Assembly: GCA_017461055.1 (NCBI GenBank)
Contig: JAFTZI010000189.1
Location: 1 to 60,641 of the forward strand
Length of the DNA stretch: 60,641 bases
Direction: 5' to 3'
From: Clostridia bacterium
GTDB lineage: Bacteria > Bacillota > Clostridia > Oscillospirales > CAG-272
Part shown: positions 57,091 to 60,641 of the stretch, in pieces
How the letters are laid out: every line of letters starts with the position of its first letter
Position numbering within the stretch: the first letter of the stretch is position 1
Position numbers and translations under genes: made by a program
The notes under the pieces: generated by a model
Told to the model about the DNA's origin: nothing
The model's input: only the letters and a program-made list of their open reading frames with translations
Databases searched by the model: none

Positions 57091-58533
57091 ATGAACAAAT
57101 TAACAAAGCTTTTAGTAATCCTTATCGCAATTATAATGCTTATGAGCTGCTTTACAGCTTGCGATCAGCCAAATACTGACACCGAAAGTAGTAGCGAAAG
57201 CGGTAACGGATCTGAAAACAACGGCACGGAAAATGGCGGTGGCGAGGAAGAAATTCAGTTCGTTGACTATGCTTCTCAGCTTAAATTCAATCCAAACTCA
57301 GGTAAAAAATGGTCTTATGTTACTGTAAAATCTTATATTGATGGCGACACAACTCATTTTTACATTGACAAGAGCCAAATTCCTGAGGGGTATGTTAAAG
57401 CAAGATATCTCGGCATTAATACTCCCGAGTCCACAGGTGTCGTTGAGCCTTGGGGTAAAAAGGCATCTAATTATACTAAGACACAGCTTAAAAAGGCAGA
57501 GTCAATAAATAACGGTATTATCATTGAATCTGATACTGCCAATTGGGATCTCGACTCCACAGGAGAAAGATATCTTCTTTGGATTTGGTACAAGACCTCA
57601 GAAAATGGCGAGTACAGAAACCTTAACATCGAAATTCTTCAGCAAGGCCTTGCTTTTGGCTCTAATACAACATCTAACACATACAGCGAGTACACAACAG
57701 CAGCCCTTTATCAATCAACAGCCTTAAAGCTATATGTTTTCAATAAAAAGGTAAAGGACCCTGACTTCTATTACGGACAAGCTGTAAACCTTACTCTTAA
57801 GGAGCTTAAGGCTAACACTCAGAAGTATGAAGGTATGCTCGTTAAGTTTGATGCAGTTGTGGCAAAAAAATCAGGTTATACTCTTTATGTTGAGGAGTAT
57901 GATGCACAAAATGACATGTACTTTGGAATGCAGGTTTTTGCAGGAAACGGTTGTCCTATAATGGATAAATTTGCTATCGGTAACCGTGTTTCTCTCGTAG
58001 GAACCCTTCAGTATTGGGAAAATGGCGGTACATACCAGCTTTCTAACCTTCAGTATGACATTCTGTTCCCTGATTGGGAAGGAGGATGCAGAGTTCTTGA
58101 AACAGGCTTAGAGGCTTCTTATCGCGAAATCGATGTAGACAAGATTATGAACGGAAAGATTAATATTGATTCTTATGTTGAGCGCGAGGATGAAAACGGT
58201 GAAATCGTAGAGGAGCTTCAAACTGTCGAATTAGACTACGGAGAGCTTGCACTTCACAGCACCGTAAAGCTCTCAAATCTTACAGTTACCAGTGTTTATA
58301 CAACAAACGCTGATACCGCCTCAAAGGGCGCTCTTACCATTACCTGTAAGGATGAAAAGGGTACAACCATTGAAATTCGTACAGCATCAAAGCTTGTAAG
58401 AGATGACCAAACTGTAGTGGTTGCTTCTGACTTTCCGGCAGGAACCGTTATCAGTGTTAAGGGCATTATTGATGTTTACGATCAATATCAGGTAAAGGTA
58501 TTTAATATTGATGACATTATTATTGCAGAGTAA
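57091..58533 (+). CDS. Surface lipoprotein with a staphylococcal-nuclease (SNase/thermonuclease) domain and a C-terminal OB-fold-like region
   Basis: Lipobox (CFTAC-DQ). SNase blocks IDGDT, RYLGINTPE and GERYLLWIW are colinear with S. aureus nuclease (IDGDT, RLLLVDTPE, GRGLAYIY). The C-terminal part resembles OB-fold modules of ExeM/NucH/YhcR-type nucleases. Confidence 0.75.
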   Translation: MNKLTKLLVILIAIIMLMSCFTACDQPNTDTESSSESGNGSENNGTENGGGEEEIQFVDYASQLKFNPNSGKKWSYVTVKSYIDGDTTHFYIDKSQIPEGYVKARYLGINTPESTGVVEPWGKKASNYTKTQLKKAESINNGIIIESDTANWDLDSTGERYLLWIWYKTSENGEYRNLNIEILQQGLAFGSNTTSNTYSEYTTAALYQSTALKLYVFNKKVKDPDFYYGQAVNLTLKELKANTQKYEGMLVKFDAVVAKKSGYTLYVEEYDAQNDMYFGMQVFAGNGCPIMDKFAIGNRVSLVGTLQYWENGGTYQLSNLQYDILFPDWEGGCRVLETGLEASYREIDVDKIMNGKINIDSYVEREDENGEIVEELQTVELDYGELALHSTVKLSNLTVTSVYTTNADTASKGALTITCKDEKGTTIEIRTASKLVRDDQTVVVASDFPAGTVISVKGIIDVYDQYQVKVFNIDDIIIAE

Positions 58534-58621
58534 TTTTGTCTAAATCATTGTATTTTCTGCTGTGAGGGCAGACCATGAATTAGTTTATCATTTTTAAAAT
58601 AATATAAAAAGGAGCACTATC

Positions 58622-60641
58622 ATGAAAAAAATCGCACTCTTACTTCTCATTGTTTCTCTTGTGTTTGTGCTTTTCGCTTTCGCCGGCTGTGGCGATGACG
58701 AGACTGACACACCCCCAAGCAGCTCAAATAATGGGAACGTAAACCCAGACACCCCAGGTGCTGATGAGGATCTTCAAGCGGCTTATGATTACATTAAGCT
58801 AACTTATAAGACTCTTAGCACTACAACCACAAGCTTTGAGATAATGAAGAATGCGCCTATCGGCGACAAAGTCTTCGCAATTACTTGGAGCACAGACAAC
58901 GATGCAATTACTATCACAGAAACTGAAGATGGTAACTTTTACGTTGTAAACATTCCTGCTCTTGGAGATGCTGCAGTTAACTACACACTCAAGTTCTCAA
59001 TAGAGAATGAAGCGGGTGAGAAAAAGGAAGGCAGCTTTAACCTTACAATTCCTAAGTTTGCTGTAAATACCTTTGATGAGTATGTAGCCGCTGAGGATGG
59101 CACACCGCTTATTATTCAGGGCATCGTAACAGGTGTTATTTCAAAGTCAACCAACTCTAGTAAGGAAAACAGCTTGTTCATTCAGGATCTTAACGGTAAT
59201 GGCGGTTATTATGCTTATAATCTCGCAGAGGATCCAAACGGTGTTATTTCCGTTGGTATGACAGTTGAAGTAAGAGGTGACAAGAAGAACTACAATGGTA
59301 CATTCGAGCTTGTTAATCCTGTTGCTACTGTAATTGATTCCGAAATTAAGCCTGTAACTCCTGTAGATTTTACAGAAGTGTTGGCAGGAGCAGCTTCTCT
59401 TGATGCGCAAGAGCTTACTAATAAGAACGGTATGCTCGTAACAATCAAGGGCGTTACTATTTTAGAGTATGTAGAGGGTAACGGTTACCACTACTTTAAG
59501 CTTGGCGACCACAAGACCTATTTAAGAGTTTCATCATCCTCTAACTGTATTACTAAGGAAGAGGGCGAAACACTTACTGCTAACTTCCAAAACAACTTCT
59601 ACAACGGTGCAGATGTAACAGGTATTATTGCAGTATATAATAACAGCTTCTATTTAATGCCTGTTTCTGTTGATGCTTTTACAAACATTGTTGAGCTTGA
59701 AAAGCCTGCTGACGTAAAGGTTGACACTGCTTTGACAAACACAAAGCTTCCCGGTATGATTCAGATTTCCGGCGATACAAAGCTTCCTACATCCTTCTCA
59801 GGCTTCTCTGATGTAACACTTACTTGGGAGCTTGTTGCAACAGAGGGTGTAAATTGTGCAACTCTTAACGGTAATATTCTTACTGTTACTATTCCTGAGT
59901 CAGCTCAAACTGTAACACTTAAGGCAACGGCTACATGTGGTGATGTATCTGACTCTAAGGATTTCACCATAATCGTTAAGCCAATTTCCACTATAACAAT
60001 TTTGGAAGCTAACAATATCGGTATGAATATGGCTCATAATACATATACAGAAGAGCTTTACTATATTACAGGCGTTATTGATAGCATTGATAACTCCACT
60101 TATGGTAACCTATTAATAGTAGACGGAGAATTTTCAATTTCTACTTATGGTCTTTATGACGCTACCGGCAAGGTAAGATATGATAAAATGAATCCTCAGC
60201 CACTCGTTAAGGATACTATTAAGGTTCTTTCCTCTATCGGTAAATACAAAAATGACGTTCAGCTTAAGAATGCTAAGGTTGTTGAGCACACTGTTCACGA
60301 GGACAACAAGGTTGAGGTTGCTCCAACAGTTGACTTCAAGCCTGTTAACCCAATAGTTGATACTGAATATTACTTTGCAATGGTAAAGAATGATGTGGTT
60401 TACTTCATTACCGGTGCTATGGGCTCAGGCAGTGCTAAGTACTACATGGCTTCAACATCTAATATTGAAGAAGCTGCAAAGGTTACTGTTGTAGCAGGTC
60501 CTACAGAGGGTACTTACTATATTACTCTAACAGTTGAAGGCGCTACAAAGTACATGGATCTCGTAGTTAGCGGTACACACAAGAATGCAGTATATGTTGA
60601 TGCAGCTCCGGAGGTTGGTTTCTCCTTTGATGCAGAATACA
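58622..60641 (+). CDS. Large surface lipoprotein with repeated OB-fold-like and Ig-like modules; 3' end lies beyond the window
   Basis: ATG 58622 follows AAAGGAG. Lipobox (FAFAGC-GD). I checked all 673 codons to the window end and found no in-frame stop; the ORF is absent from the supplied track. Modules such as IIQGIVTGVISK...SLFIQD...VEVRGDKKNYNGTFEL and YYITGVIDSIDNSTYGNLLIVDG...IKVLSSIGKYKNDVQLKNA resemble nucleic-acid-binding OB folds of extracellular nucleases. Confidence 0.7.
   Translation, partial: MKKIALLLLIVSLVFVLFAFAGCGDDETDTPPSSSNNGNVNPDTPGADEDLQAAYDYIKLTYKTLSTTTTSFEIMKNAPIGDKVFAITWSTDNDAITITETEDGNFYVVNIPALGDAAVNYTLKFSIENEAGEKKEGSFNLTIPKFAVNTFDEYVAAEDGTPLIIQGIVTGVISKSTNSSKENSLFIQDLNGNGGYYAYNLAEDPNGVISVGMTVEVRGDKKNYNGTFELVNPVATVIDSEIKPVTPVDFTEVLAGAASLDAQELTNKNGMLVTIKGVTILEYVEGNGYHYFKLGDHKTYLRVSSSSNCITKEEGETLTANFQNNFYNGADVTGIIAVYNNSFYLMPVSVDAFTNIVELEKPADVKVDTALTNTKLPGMIQISGDTKLPTSFSGFSDVTLTWELVATEGVNCATLNGNILTVTIPESAQTVTLKATATCGDVSDSKDFTIIVKPISTITILEANNIGMNMAHNTYTEELYYITGVIDSIDNSTYGNLLIVDGEFSISTYGLYDATGKVRYDKMNPQPLVKDTIKVLSSIGKYKNDVQLKNAKVVEHTVHEDNKVEVAPTVDFKPVNPIVDTEYYFAMVKNDVVYFITGAMGSGSAKYYMASTSNIEEAAKVTVVAGPTEGTYYITLTVEGATKYMDLVVSGTHKNAVYVDAAPEVGFSFDAEY

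Overview
This is a 60.6-kb chromosomal segment from a low-GC, endospore-forming Bacillota (Clostridia-like) genome. It is densely coded, and I found no rRNA, tRNA, CRISPR array, transposase or integrase. Most of it is core housekeeping. The left block is on the minus strand: rluB, a PBP5-type DD-carboxypeptidase, ytfJ/ytfI-like sporulation genes, scpB-scpA, an M50 protease, engB and lon. rqcH follows on the plus strand. A sporulation and regulation patch comes next: an SLH surface protein, mecA-like, a degenerate spoIIP-like gene, DUF4364, a SigH-like sigma factor, a double zinc-ribbon protein and rlmB. It is followed by a degenerate P-type-ATPase-like membrane protein and the TIGR03960/TIGR03936 radical-SAM pair. 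The classic Firmicute block (SRP RNA)-dnaX-ybaB-recR lies on the minus strand, followed by eno, an AI-2E transporter, guaB, ispE, polA, a TSCPD protein, trmB, dpaAB, cls, trmL and secA. The right third is more accessory: two unknown membrane proteins translationally coupled to secA, a MATE pump, a small (p)ppGpp-hydrolase-type HD protein, a heterodimeric ABC exporter behind a structured leader, and an RDD protein. The window ends with a CUT1-type ABC importer operon that continues into a surface SNase-type nuclease lipoprotein and a large OB-fold lipoprotein running off the window edge. The most interesting candidates are: (1) the importer + nuclease + OB-fold lipoprotein locus as a possible extracellular nucleic-acid capture, degradation and uptake module; (2) a leader-peptide/terminator attenuator in front of the ABC exporter; (3) a P1B-ATPase-derived pseudoenzyme with NDTTA in place of DKTGT; (4) a 44-nt bipartite inverted repeat bracketing a self-contained XRE-membrane regulator cassette. 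All family calls come from motif recognition by eye; no database search was run.
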